The notes under the pieces are model-generated. The model ran no database searches and had not been told where the DNA came from. It saw only the letters and a program-made list of their open reading frames with translations. From Minutocellus sp. GHC0000111 (lineage: Eukaryota): a DNA stretch of 64,000 bases. The translations under genes were made by a program, and so were the position numbers. Location of the stretch: assembly GCA_977018835.1 (NCBI GenBank), contig OZ361258.1, forward strand, positions 1 to 64,000, written 5' to 3'. The stretch's first letter is position 1, and each line of letters opens with the position of its first letter. Below are positions 45,558 through 55,865 of the stretch, piece by piece.

Positions 45558-47927
45558 CTATCTCCATCGGTCTTCTTCGTCGTCCTCATCCTCATCCATA
45601 TCAAAGTCAATCATATCCTCTCCATCCCCATCGCCACCACCACCGAAATCATCTTCGCCATATTCCTCATTTACACCACCATCGGCAGCGTCAAACTTTT
45701 CGCCATCGCTCACATCTTCTCCTCCACCGGCCTGTTCGTCATCTGCACCGTCGTCGTTGTCGATTCCTTCATCAGAATTCTTTCCACCGTACCGCCACTT
45801 GAAGTCAAGGTCAGCTCCCTGGTACTGAGCTCCACCAGACTTTGCCTTGTCAGCCAAAGCTCGCGTTGCAAAGCCAATGACAACAGACTGACCGTCATCT
45901 TCCACCTCGAGAGACTTGATGGCGTTACTTGCTGCATCTGCGTCGTCATCCTCACCGCTACTGAGAGCAGCAATAAAGTGCTTTCGGACGGCATCAGTTG
46001 CAAAGGTACAGTCGAAGGGGAACCCTGAAACAACCATCGTACTGGACCTCTTGTCCAAGGTATATTTCTGCTGCTTCGATTTGAGCTGCTTCTGCTGATG
46101 CTCAATGTGCACCTGCTTCGTCCGCTCACGTTCCTCCTTGTCCAGCGCTTCCAATTCGGTCTGTATTGAAATGACCTCCTTCTTGGTCTCGTTGACCTTC
46201 TTCTGCAGATCCAGGATTTCTCGCATCTTGGCGGCCTTACCGGCTGGATCCTTGAGCAGCCCGAGCATCTTTTTGTGCAGGGCAAGCTGCTTCTCCGTGA
46301 CTCCTTCGACCCTGGTTAAATTGCCAACCTTGCTCGTCAGATCTTGCCGTTTTTGGTTGAATTCTGCCTTGACCTCGGCAATCTTGGCCCGCCGCTCTTC
46401 CTTGGCCCTGCGCAGTTCCTCAAACTCCTCCTGCCGTCTCCGTCTGGCTTCCTCCCGTGCCTCCTTTCGGCGCTTCTCTTGCTCCGGATCACGAGGGGGA
46501 TATTTGGACGACTCCTGCTGCGTCGGATACTGCTGTTGTTGCTGCTCGTTGTAGCCGCCATACTCGTAATCGTAGTTGTCATAATCTTGATATCCACCGT
46601 GGCCGCTGCCACCATGGCCATATCCTTGTCCACGCTGCTGCTGCTGCTGGTGCTGCTGCTGACGGTCCACCCTCTTGTTGTCGCCCAACATGTTGCTCTC
46701 GTAAAGTCCCGTGACGCATATACCACCGACCATGTCGTTGCCCTCCCCGATGGTAATTTCACCGGTTTCGGGCGATGCCTTGCCAACTTCGTCCAAAACC
46801 CTTCGGGCATCGTCGGGACTTCGCAGCTTGACGTAGGCCGTGCTCAACCCCGTGGACTGGTCGACGGTACATTCTTCCGATGTGGTCGACACGTGCATCA
46901 CCTTGATCCCCTCGTAGGTCTGTTCAAAGTGAGTTCGCAAATCTCGTGGAGTCAGGTGTTGGACGGGGACGTTGGTAAGGATGAGCACCCTCCGGGCTTC
47001 CTCGGGAAGAGGTTCGTTGTTGTTCCTGTTGTTGTGACTATGGGCACGGCCACCACCACGTCCAGGACCTCGACCTCCTCCTTGGCCTCGACCTGCTCCA
47101 CGGCCTCCACCGCGGCCAGCACTACCACCAAATCCACGGCCAGAATCATGATGCCGCCCCCCAAAGCGACCTCCTCCTCTGCCGCCGCCGCCAGGAGACG
47201 GCCCTCCCGGCGATCCTCGTCCAGAACCTGGCCCTCTTCCACTGCGGCCATCGCTGCCGCCGCCTCCACCGGCACCACCTCCTCTGCCCCCATCGCCATC
47301 TCTCCACGGAATATCATTGCGAGGGGGAGTCTGACTTTGATTCGGAGGGTAGCGCCCGCCCTGATGGCCGCCGCCGCCACCTTGGCCACCTCGGCCACCG
47401 CCGCGCCGATCGTCCCTATAATTGCGATTGTAGTCGTATCTGCTGCCGCCTCCACCTCGGCCCCGGCCCTGCCGATCTCCGTCGTACCTTCCCCTGCCCC
47501 TTCCTCCTCCTCCATTTCCGCGTCCGCCGCGGTCGTCTCTGCCCCGCGGGGGGTACTGCTCGTAGTCGTCGCGGGAGCGCTTCCGATCGCGGTCGCCGCC
47601 GCCGCCGTGCTCGTACTCGTTGTAGTGCTGATGACCAGGAGGTCCAGGAGGGCCCCCGCCGCGACGGTCGCGGTCACGGTCGTACTGCCCGCCTCCGCCG
47701 CCTCGGCCCCGGCCTCGACCTCGTCCACCAGGAGGTCCGCCGCGGCCCGGACCGCCCCGGTTCATCCTCCCACCGCCATGGCCGTCGTTTCTGCTGTAAT
47801 CGTTGCGATGTCCACCGTCGTCTCTCCGAGAAGACGACGACGACGACAAAGGCTGCTGATCATCCTGATGCTGCTGCTGCTGCTGCTGCTCCCGCCACCG
47901 GTCGTCGTCGTTGTCGTCGTCCGACAT
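45558..47927 (-). CDS. RGG-rich RNA-binding protein with two RRM-like domains and a coiled coil (RBM26/27-like)
   Basis: Long RGG/RG repeats; RRM-like VLILTNVP...AYVKL; a charged coiled coil; a second RRM-like MVVSGFP...VIGFATRALA; acidic tail. Confidence 0.7.
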   Translation of the reverse strand: MSDDDNDDDRWREQQQQQQHQDDQQPLSSSSSSRRDDGGHRNDYSRNDGHGGGRMNRGGPGRGGPPGGRGRGRGRGGGGGQYDRDRDRRGGGPPGPPGHQHYNEYEHGGGGDRDRKRSRDDYEQYPPRGRDDRGGRGNGGGGRGRGRYDGDRQGRGRGGGGSRYDYNRNYRDDRRGGGRGGQGGGGGHQGGRYPPNQSQTPPRNDIPWRDGDGGRGGGAGGGGGSDGRSGRGPGSGRGSPGGPSPGGGGRGGGRFGGRHHDSGRGFGGSAGRGGGRGAGRGQGGGRGPGRGGGRAHSHNNRNNNEPLPEEARRVLILTNVPVQHLTPRDLRTHFEQTYEGIKVMHVSTTSEECTVDQSTGLSTAYVKLRSPDDARRVLDEVGKASPETGEITIGEGNDMVGGICVTGLYESNMLGDNKRVDRQQQHQQQQQRGQGYGHGGSGHGGYQDYDNYDYEYGGYNEQQQQQYPTQQESSKYPPRDPEQEKRRKEAREEARRRRQEEFEELRRAKEERRAKIAEVKAEFNQKRQDLTSKVGNLTRVEGVTEKQLALHKKMLGLLKDPAGKAAKMREILDLQKKVNETKKEVISIQTELEALDKEERERTKQVHIEHQQKQLKSKQQKYTLDKRSSTMVVSGFPFDCTFATDAVRKHFIAALSSGEDDDADAASNAIKSLEVEDDGQSVVIGFATRALADKAKSGGAQYQGADLDFKWRYGGKNSDEGIDNDDGADDEQAGGGEDVSDGEKFDAADGGVNEEYGEDDFGGGGDGDGEDMIDFDMDEDEDDEEDRWR

Positions 47928-48597
47928 CGATCAATTCTTGTGCTGCTTTTATATTTAATATTCTGTGCTGCGATCGATAAAAGATACACGAGCTGTGCTC
48001 CTTTTGCCGCGCCAAGTCCAAAGGTGGGGCTGCGCTGTATCTATCTATCCCTGCTTACTGGTGCGTACTGCGAGCCTAAGGAGCGGTGGTCCATGCGATG
48101 GCATGGTGGTCCGTTGGGAAAGTCAAACGGCACGAGCGGGCGGCGGGCGGGCGCGAGTTCGTTCATCATAGCAGAGCGTCAGGACAAGCTGTCAGCACAG
48201 CGCGCAGCCCGACGAAACATCCATGCAAGACGAGAAAAGCTGCCGCCACGTGGAGGGTGACACCAAACGCGTACGTACGCAGACGCAAATGAAAGATACC
48301 GCCCACCGCACCACCAGCCCATCACATAGCATTTCTCGCTCGCTGGAAGTAAAGTGAAGTGCTAAAAGGGAAATATTTCCAGTGCATGCATTAACATAAG
48401 CAACAACGATGAATGTAGATGACTGCCATGACGCCGCCGTCGTCGGCAGCAGCGGCGAACAGCAAGTCCGACAACAACGGCGACGACGAAATACCGGTAG
48501 AAGAAGAAGATTCGATCCAGCAAGTGCAACCCCAAGAAGTCAAAGAGAGATGATGGGATCATCACCAGCACCAGCGACAACGACAACAGCAACGACC

Positions 48598-50409
48598 ATG
48601 GTCAAATCCCTCCTCTTTGCGCTCATCGTATCTGCGCTTGTCCAAATATCTTCGGCGGCGACACCTGCCGCCGGTCAGCCCATGATACTGAGAATACGCA
48701 ACACGGACGGCTCCATGTCGCGGGTGGTCGTCCCCACCGGCAAGGAGGGCGAGACCACCCTGAGCGACATTCTCGCTTCCAACGCAGCCAGCGGCAGCGC
48801 CAGTAGCACCAAGAAGAGCGCCAAGGTGACCATCGGTCAGGGACCGGCCCAAAAGCGAATAAGTGACGACGACGTGTCGTCCAAATCCATCGCCGACCTC
48901 CAGCTCCGGCATGGCTCCCTCATCACCTTGGCCGATCCCGGCAGTGCGGCGGCGGGTCCAAATGGAGGCGGTGGCATGAAGAAGAAGGCCCCATCGTCGT
49001 CAGCAGATGCCCTTGGCGCAGCTGCAGGCACTGAAGCATCGTCGGGCGACCGGTTCGATCCCTTTCCCGCCCTGGCCAAGCCGTCGGCCCACTCCGCGGC
49101 GGCCCGCCGCCTCCGCGCCCTGGCCCATTCCTCCCGGGGACAGTCGTACGAGCAGATCAGCAAGCTCCGCGAGTACATGCACCAGGTGGAACCCCAGCCG
49201 GAGGGACACGTCAAGAGGGTGTACATGTGCACGGTGTCGGCCGACCGGTTCAAGGACGGCTGCACGATCAAGCCCACCAAGAAGCAGATCGTGGCCGCCA
49301 ACAAGGCCGGGACGGTCGACCGGCTCAAGAATCGGCTGATCAATCGCATGGGCCTGTGCTTCGGCACCGTCGGTTCGGAGCGGGTGGATCAGAAGCGCGA
49401 TCGAGCGAGGACCAGCCTCAGCACTCCGCTGTACGAGCGGGAGATGTGCGGCGTGGCCAAGGTTCAGGCCATATGGGAACCCCCCCAGCGGCAGGCCGAG
49501 GGGGAGGGACGCAGATACGATGCCACCCGGGCATGCAAGTTTGAGGACGATCGCGACGTGAAGCGTGCCATCCGCATCGGCGAGGCGCTGGGATTGCGGC
49601 CGGTGGGTTGGATCTATTCGTATTCGGAAGATCGTCATGCCGCCGCCGGTGGTGATGGTGCCGGCACTGGTGTTGGTGGCAGCAGCGACGACAACAATGC
49701 CGACGAAGATGCCCTCCCCGTTTATGCTCCCGATGTTTACTACGGTGCACTCCTTCAGATTGGCAACATGAAGAGCAATTTGGGAAGAGAGGAGGGCAAA
49801 AAGTTTGTAACCCTGGCATTGGATGGACGAACTGGCGCCACCGAAGCCTTCCAGCTGAGCGACGTAAGTGTCCAGATGGTTGCAGAGGGATTGATACCAA
49901 AGCCGGCAGATGAGGATACGGCCGATGGTGGCACAAAGAAGGGAAAGACCAAGAAGAAGGGGCCCAGCAAGGCAAAAGGGAGCAAAACGACACCCACTCC
50001 CTCGTCTGATCGATACGTTACCACGACGGAAAAGTTTCTGGTCGATTCGACGGAAACTACCGAGCTCGATTCTGTCCTCTGCTTGGTCAATACAGCCCTG
50101 TTGGGCCATACAGGGACGTTCTGTGGGAAGCAGACCGAGAGCTCTGTGACCAAGAAGGGACAGCTGACGGGCAAAACCAAGAAACGAATATTGAAAGCCT
50201 TGAATAAGAGCGAGAAGAGCGATCACGATGTCGATTTGTTCGAGGCTTTGTGCGACTTTAACGTCCTGTATGCCCTCGACGGAATGATGAAGAAGGCCGA
50301 TATGGACGACATCTGCGGGCTGGTGAAGAAGTGGGCTCGAGGACAACGGCGAGGTACCGAATGCAGCAAGAATCTGAAGGCTGCGCTTCGATTTGCTTTG
50401 GAGGCGTAG
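48598..50409 (+). CDS. NPL4: NPL4-like protein with signal peptide (candidate periplastid SELMA sNpl4)
   Basis: Signal peptide MVKSLLFALIVSALVQISSA, a UBL domain (LRIRNTDG) and MPN-like motifs (RMGLCFG, VQAIWEPPQ, LRPVGWIYS, EAFQLSDVSVQMVAEG, LCDFNVL). The ORF can also open upstream at 48409 or 48550. Confidence 0.75.
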   Translation: MVKSLLFALIVSALVQISSAATPAAGQPMILRIRNTDGSMSRVVVPTGKEGETTLSDILASNAASGSASSTKKSAKVTIGQGPAQKRISDDDVSSKSIADLQLRHGSLITLADPGSAAAGPNGGGGMKKKAPSSSADALGAAAGTEASSGDRFDPFPALAKPSAHSAAARRLRALAHSSRGQSYEQISKLREYMHQVEPQPEGHVKRVYMCTVSADRFKDGCTIKPTKKQIVAANKAGTVDRLKNRLINRMGLCFGTVGSERVDQKRDRARTSLSTPLYEREMCGVAKVQAIWEPPQRQAEGEGRRYDATRACKFEDDRDVKRAIRIGEALGLRPVGWIYSYSEDRHAAAGGDGAGTGVGGSSDDNNADEDALPVYAPDVYYGALLQIGNMKSNLGREEGKKFVTLALDGRTGATEAFQLSDVSVQMVAEGLIPKPADEDTADGGTKKGKTKKKGPSKAKGSKTTPTPSSDRYVTTTEKFLVDSTETTELDSVLCLVNTALLGHTGTFCGKQTESSVTKKGQLTGKTKKRILKALNKSEKSDHDVDLFEALCDFNVLYALDGMMKKADMDDICGLVKKWARGQRRGTECSKNLKAALRFALEA

Positions 50410-50486
50410 GAGTACAGGGGTGGCCGCAGGCGTCAGAGCTCTTCAGTGTTTTGATCGAGAAATCTATTTTTTCCAGAATTTTGCCC

Positions 50487-50552
50487 AGTCAGAGGGTAAG
50501 AGGATAGTACCTCCGAGTCAGAGGGTAAGAGGATAGTACCTCCGAGTCAGAG
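50487..50552. repeat. 29-bp tandem repeat x2.3
   Basis: AGTCAGAGGGTAAGAGGATAGTACCTCCG x2 followed by AGTCAGAG. Confidence 0.95.
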
Positions 50553-52501
50553 TGCACGTTTCGGATATTTCGGAAAAACTTTTTTGAACCGCAAAGCTCT
50601 CCAAACCAAGACAAGACCCCACGAAGAACTGTGAAACAATTATCTGGACATAGGCTAGTGCATCGTTTTGCTTCTTGGTGAACTAAAATGCGTTTATTTG
50701 TCTGTATTTGCTCTCTTTTTGGCCCTGATCTCCCGGCCAAACCCCTGATCTCTCGATCAAAACTGACCTTTTTGGCGTAGAACTCCCTCAAACCAAGAAA
50801 ACAGCTTGCGAAGAGCTGCAAAATGTCAGTTTGGATGTACTACCGGCACACGGTCTACCCTTTGCTCATTGATGGAAGAAAAGAAGTTTGAAAGTATGAA
50901 TGGGCTACTATATATATACATATACATGCATCTGCGCGCCCTGGCCCTAAATCTGCTAGCTGAAATCTTGATGTATTACATGTACATTTTGATTTGCCCT
51001 TATTTTGCCAATTTGATAAACGTTTACGCGTATCGGGCACGCCTGCATGCATGGACGCATGTCGATATTGGATTTATGTGAGTGAGGGAAATGGATTCTC
51101 TGCTCGTCATTCGAGTAATCTCCTGCCTGGCGCGGGAGCTCCTGATAGAGACAACCGAGAGAAGATGACACCAATCAAACAAGAAAGGAACAGCATTTGC
51201 ATCATGCACACCAAACTCCACATGATGCCGTCTGCTCAGCATGGTAGATCTAGCTAGATGGCATACATGCGTGGCAGTTTGCTTCATAAACATTTTAAAA
51301 CATGTACCTAGGTAGACCATCTACGTAGTAGAGAAGTACCGGTAGAGAAGTACCGGTACATGTACCGACATGTCTGTTTTTGGGGGCAGTTTCTCGAGAG
51401 GTTCGCCGGCAGGTGTCTCCTTGGCTTTGCGCATGCGACCAAAAAATGCAATCCCGTTCGTAGTGCGAGTTGGCCGAGTACTGAGCGAGGTTCGCGCCTA
51501 GCTTTGCCCGCGTAAAATCTTGTCATTTTCCAAGCCAAGAGCTCCAAGAGAGGCAGCAACCAAAGAGGTAGGAATTCCTATTGTCTATCCCATCTCCCCA
51601 AACAAGGTAAGCACTCCTTTTCACGCTCAGGGATGGATCGGGTTTTTATTTTTCAAATCGTCCACTCGGAGGATCGGCGGCATCGCGCGCCCGCATTGGC
51701 GATTCGATTTTGCGACGAGCTCGTTTCAGCATTTTGAGTCCCTGAGTGGGCGCTTCGGGAGGATTGCCCTTGCCTGCCCTCCTCCGCCATATGCCCGCAC
51801 TGCTCTCTCTGCCACAACCTTCATGCTAGCTTCATCATTTCGGCTTATAGCATCCACGACGTCGTCGTTGTCGGCATAATGTGCATAAGCGGCATTGCCC
51901 GATGACGAGTGTCAGATGGATCGCTCGTGGATTTGAGAACGGTTTGAACGGGGCAGCGGGGGAGTTGGACACAGACACAATTATTGGAACTTCGTGGATA
52001 TGCCCCCGCACAAATCGCCTCGTCTTATTCCCATCTGTGCGTTAGTAGAACTAGCCAGCTAACCGGCCGATCCGCCGATAATCTTGGCATGAAACGAGTC
52101 GATTCCGTCCCCTTCGTAATGGCCGAATTCTTGTGTGTGCATTTGTGCGATTGGACTGTGCGGTCGCACTTGTATTGGCATGGCTGTCGGCTTTCTTCCA
52201 CTATACCCTGCATCGATACCGGACCGGAGGTCTACTCGGTCGATATGCCGATCCCCATGACTGAGAAACGAGGGGCCGAGCGGTGGCCAGCGCTGTGTGG
52301 TCCCCATTCAAGCTTATTTGGAGCATCATCGTTTCTCACCAAGCGTTTCTTCCTTTTCCTTGTTTACCAATCTATGTTTTGTCAATATCTGCTCGGCAAT
52401 TCATTCCTAATTGGCCCATCAGGTTCCTCGATCATCCCACGGGTATCACAACAAAAACAAATCCGTCCAGTCCCTTCATCCATACAGCCATCGATTCAAC
52501 A

Positions 52502-54450
52502 ATGTCCACAGATCATGATCCCAAGGCCAAGGCCGAGGATGTCTATGGTAAAGCCAACGCCGCCATGCTCAAGGGAGTTCCCGCCCTCATGGCGATCCCG
52601 GTAATTCGCAGCGCGTGCGATGACGTCGAGAGACAGTATTTGGAAGTCAAGCAAGCCGAGAAAACACACTCCGAATACACGGAAGATAAGGATACAATCA
52701 TCGAGAAGATGAGAGCGGCTCTTGCCGGAAAAGGTGGCGTCGACCCGTCGTCTCCTGTGAAGCGGAAGATTGTTGGGGAGGTTTCCAAATATGACAGGAC
52801 TGTTCACAATCTAGTGGGCCAAATCGCCAATCTCAAGGAGGGCCTCGAATATCTCAGGCTGAAGCTGCAGGACGAGCTCGCAGCCCAGAAGGCCAAGAAA
52901 GAGGAAGAAGAGAAGGCCAAGAAAGTCGCCGCGGTCGATGCTGAATTGATGGGACTCCTTGCTGAACTGGAGGCTGAACATGCCCTCGACGAGGAAAGTC
53001 ACATTCATACCATCAACTCCGATGATACCGCCCACACCGATAACAAGGACGATCCGAGCAAGAAGTTGCTCATTGACTTCGTTAGCAAGGTTGGTCCGTC
53101 CACGCCTTCTGATGGGTCCAATGTTGCAGTGGATGACAGTTCCCCCTTTTCGTCGCCATCCGAAGGATCCCCCCCCTGGAAAGAGAAAACGCTTGCTGCC
53201 GCCCAATCCGAACCTCCTCGCGATGATGAAAATGCGAGTGTCTCCAAGAAACTCACGCTCGAGACGACTGGCAAATTCTCGTTGGGCAATGCCGGAGCCA
53301 ACGGCAATGTCGGGGGTACCTTGGAAACTCCTTCTTCCACGAAGAAGGCCGCCATCAAGAAGCCCGCCGTCAAGAAGCCCGGCGATGACTTGGAAACTCC
53401 TGCTTCCGCCAGGAAGGCCGCCACCAAGAATGCCGCCGCCAAGAAAGCTGGCGATGACTTGGGGACTCCTTCTTCCGCCAAGAAGCCCAGCGGTGCATCC
53501 ACCAGTGGCGCCCTCGCCAATCTCATCAACCTTGATGACTTGATGACTGAAAACCACCCAAACAAGAACGCCGGCATGCCTCTGCGTGCCACTACTACCA
53601 CCAAAGATGCGACCGGTACTGGGCGGCTCCTTGGTGGACCGCCTGTCGATATCGTCGTGGATCCTGACAGTGAGGGCGACGATGCTGTTAGCCAGCTGTC
53701 GATGGGAACGGTGAGTATCTTCTCTGAATTTCAAGTTTTGCGTGCAATTGTACTACGCTGTTGTATCATTTCTGCGATTCTTTTTTACCAAACGATTTTT
53801 CTTTACACTTGTACTCTCCTTTTTCAAACGAACAAACTTAGGGTGCGCAGAACCTCGAGCTTCTGGAAAATGCAGTAAATGCTCTATGCGACAAGATCAG
53901 CACCGCTGATTGGGAGTCTATGACCCTGGAGGACTTCAAGAAAGAGTTCAGTATCTGTAAGCCAATCTTCGAGGCCTTTGCCGACTCCAAGCTCAGTGCC
54001 TCTGTACTCACAGATTTCTCCCTGGAAATTCTCGAGGCTCTATATGAAACTAGCGACGATGTTGAGAACGGTGGAAAGGACCACAATACTGGCTTCAACG
54101 GTAGCGAAGCCGCTAAATCGATCCGGGAGAATGTCCAGGATGGCTACTTCCACAAGGTCTACGTCAAGGATTCGGGTCCCGTCTACGTTTTCCCCCTGAA
54201 GAGCCCTTCTGCCCATTTCACCTGCACGAAAAATGCTAAGAAAGGGAAGAAAAGTAAGGCGACCACGACGACGAAATGGAATACGCATTATTGCTCCGAT
54301 GATACCATTTCTCTTCCTCCCACAGGTACCATCTGTCACCCTGTCGGGCGGGCCATCATCTACCTTGGCCTTCAGTCCAAAAACTGCTGCAACGAGTGCA
54401 TCAATCCCGACGAGGAGAAGTTTAGGGCTCTCTTTTCTGCCAAGAAGTAA
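52502..54450 (+). CDS. Hypothetical ~605-aa protein (coiled coil, K/A/P-rich repeats, Cys/His-rich C-terminus); intron 53711-53841
   Basis: A GTGAGT...TTAG intron joins ORF 52283..53878 (from ATG 52502) in frame to 53842..54450. Three L(E/G)TP(S/A)S(T/A)(K/R)K repeats; C-terminal HFTC..HYC..ICHP..NCCNEC. Confidence 0.6.
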
Positions 54451-55316
54451 GCCTTCAAAACACCGGTACTAGACCAGCTTCCTTAGGCTCAAGCCTGATT
54501 ATGAGGGGTATGTGACCCATTGATCCCGCGCTCTCCGGCTCACTTTTGTAGCTGGTAGCTAGGTAAGGTTTGCCTCTCCCTTTTTTTCTAATTTGCCCTA
54601 CTTACCAGCTCTTCCAAAGTTACTTACTTCCCATCGCATTTTTTTGCCTGTCCTTGAATCCCCCTTCTTTTGGCAGTTCATTATTTATGTGTTTATTTGA
54701 TAAAGAGGCACAGTATCAAGAACAAGTCAGACCAAGAAGGGTCACGAGCCTCCAAGTCACACTATGTTTAGGATTTTCATTTAGGTAAAGAGATACGGCG
54801 TCAAGCAGACACCAGGCCCAGAAGGGCCGTGGGCCTCTACAACGCGGTCCAAAATTCTCTGCTCTGTTCTCATTTTTATTTTCTTTTGTTTTTAGATCTA
54901 CTTCCTTTTTATGCCGACTATGGCGGAATTTGCTGGCATAATATGGTAATGACTACAGATGTAAAATAGATAAAGTAGACGCAAGTTTACGCTGCACATA
55001 GCTTTATGTGCTGTGATCGTCTCAAGGTAAATGGTCTCATCTATATCTACTTGGTGGCCGTGAGGAAAAGATTAGTTCGCATCTGTCGCTAGGAACTCTA
55101 CCTTTGGTTCGGCCTCAAGAGAACACGATGATTCCGCAGACAGCACACACGAACCAAATGAACATCTCTTGGTCTACCAAAGGGCGAAACAATGCACTAC
55201 GATCGTAGTGGAGAATATGTCGGACAACCATCTTGCAGCTCATCGTGGGGTCTCCTCTTGCTTTGGGGAGGGATTGGGGCGCCAAAATTTCCGAAAATCC
55301 CAGACGTGCAATTGGA

Positions 55317-55520
55317 AGTAGCCAGGTCGTCCTATCTGTGGGAGCGTACAGTAGCCAGGACGTCCTATCTGTGGGAGCGTTCAGTAGCCAGGACGTCCTA
55401 TCTGTGGGAGCGTACAGCAGCAGCCAGGACGTCCTATCTGTGGGAGCGTTCAGTAGCCAGGACGTCCTATCTGTGGGAGCGTACAGCAGCAGCCAGGACG
55501 TCCTATCTGTGGGAGCGTAC
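55317..55520. repeat. Minisatellite, six 33/36-bp units
   Basis: AG(T/CAGC)AGCCAGGACGTCCTATCTGTGGGAGCGT(A/T)C units head-to-tail, with no unique spacers. Confidence 0.95.
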
Positions 55521-55760
55521 AAACGCACCAGTGTCACCGGTTTTCGAAACACTTGCCCTTCGTCTCTGAAGCGCTATCGTCCAACTCGAGCCAAAGTCAC
55601 GAGGAAGACTTTGAAGATCGGGATCTCTTGTCTTCGTTCGGGTTAAGTTGCCATTCATCCTGTCGGCGGAAGGGTCGAGTTGCTAGTACCTCCCGTCTGT
55701 AGACATGGTACCTCATGTCTGCGGGAGGGAGCAGTTACAAGTACCTCCTGTCGGCGGAAG

Positions 55761-55865
55761 GTCGAGAGGGCAGACAGAACATTGAAGTCGCACAACATCA
55801 CGAACAGATCAACATCGTGACCGCTCTTCTCGCTCTTATCCAAGGCTTTCAATGTCCGTTTCTTC
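55761..55865 (-). pseudogene. Inverted ~100-bp diverged copy of the 3' coding part of the NPL4-like gene
   Basis: KKRTLKALDKSEKSGHDVDLFVMLCDFNVLSAL versus KKRILKALNKSEKSDHDVDLFEALCDFNVLYAL at about 50179-50280. Confidence 0.9.

Noticed and set aside
46344..48260. 638-aa plus-strand ORF (similarly 59098..61035 and 49000..50346)
   Set aside because: Antisense shadows of GC-rich or low-complexity genes, with no motifs of their own.
50437..50817. Stand-alone MITE from short inverted matches (AGCTCTTC; GTTTTGATCGAGA)
   Set aside because: The matches are short and not symmetrically placed, and there is no TSD; noted only within the larger candidate element.
55317..55520. CRISPR-like array
   Set aside because: Units are head-to-tail with no unique spacers, there are no cas genes, and the context is eukaryotic.
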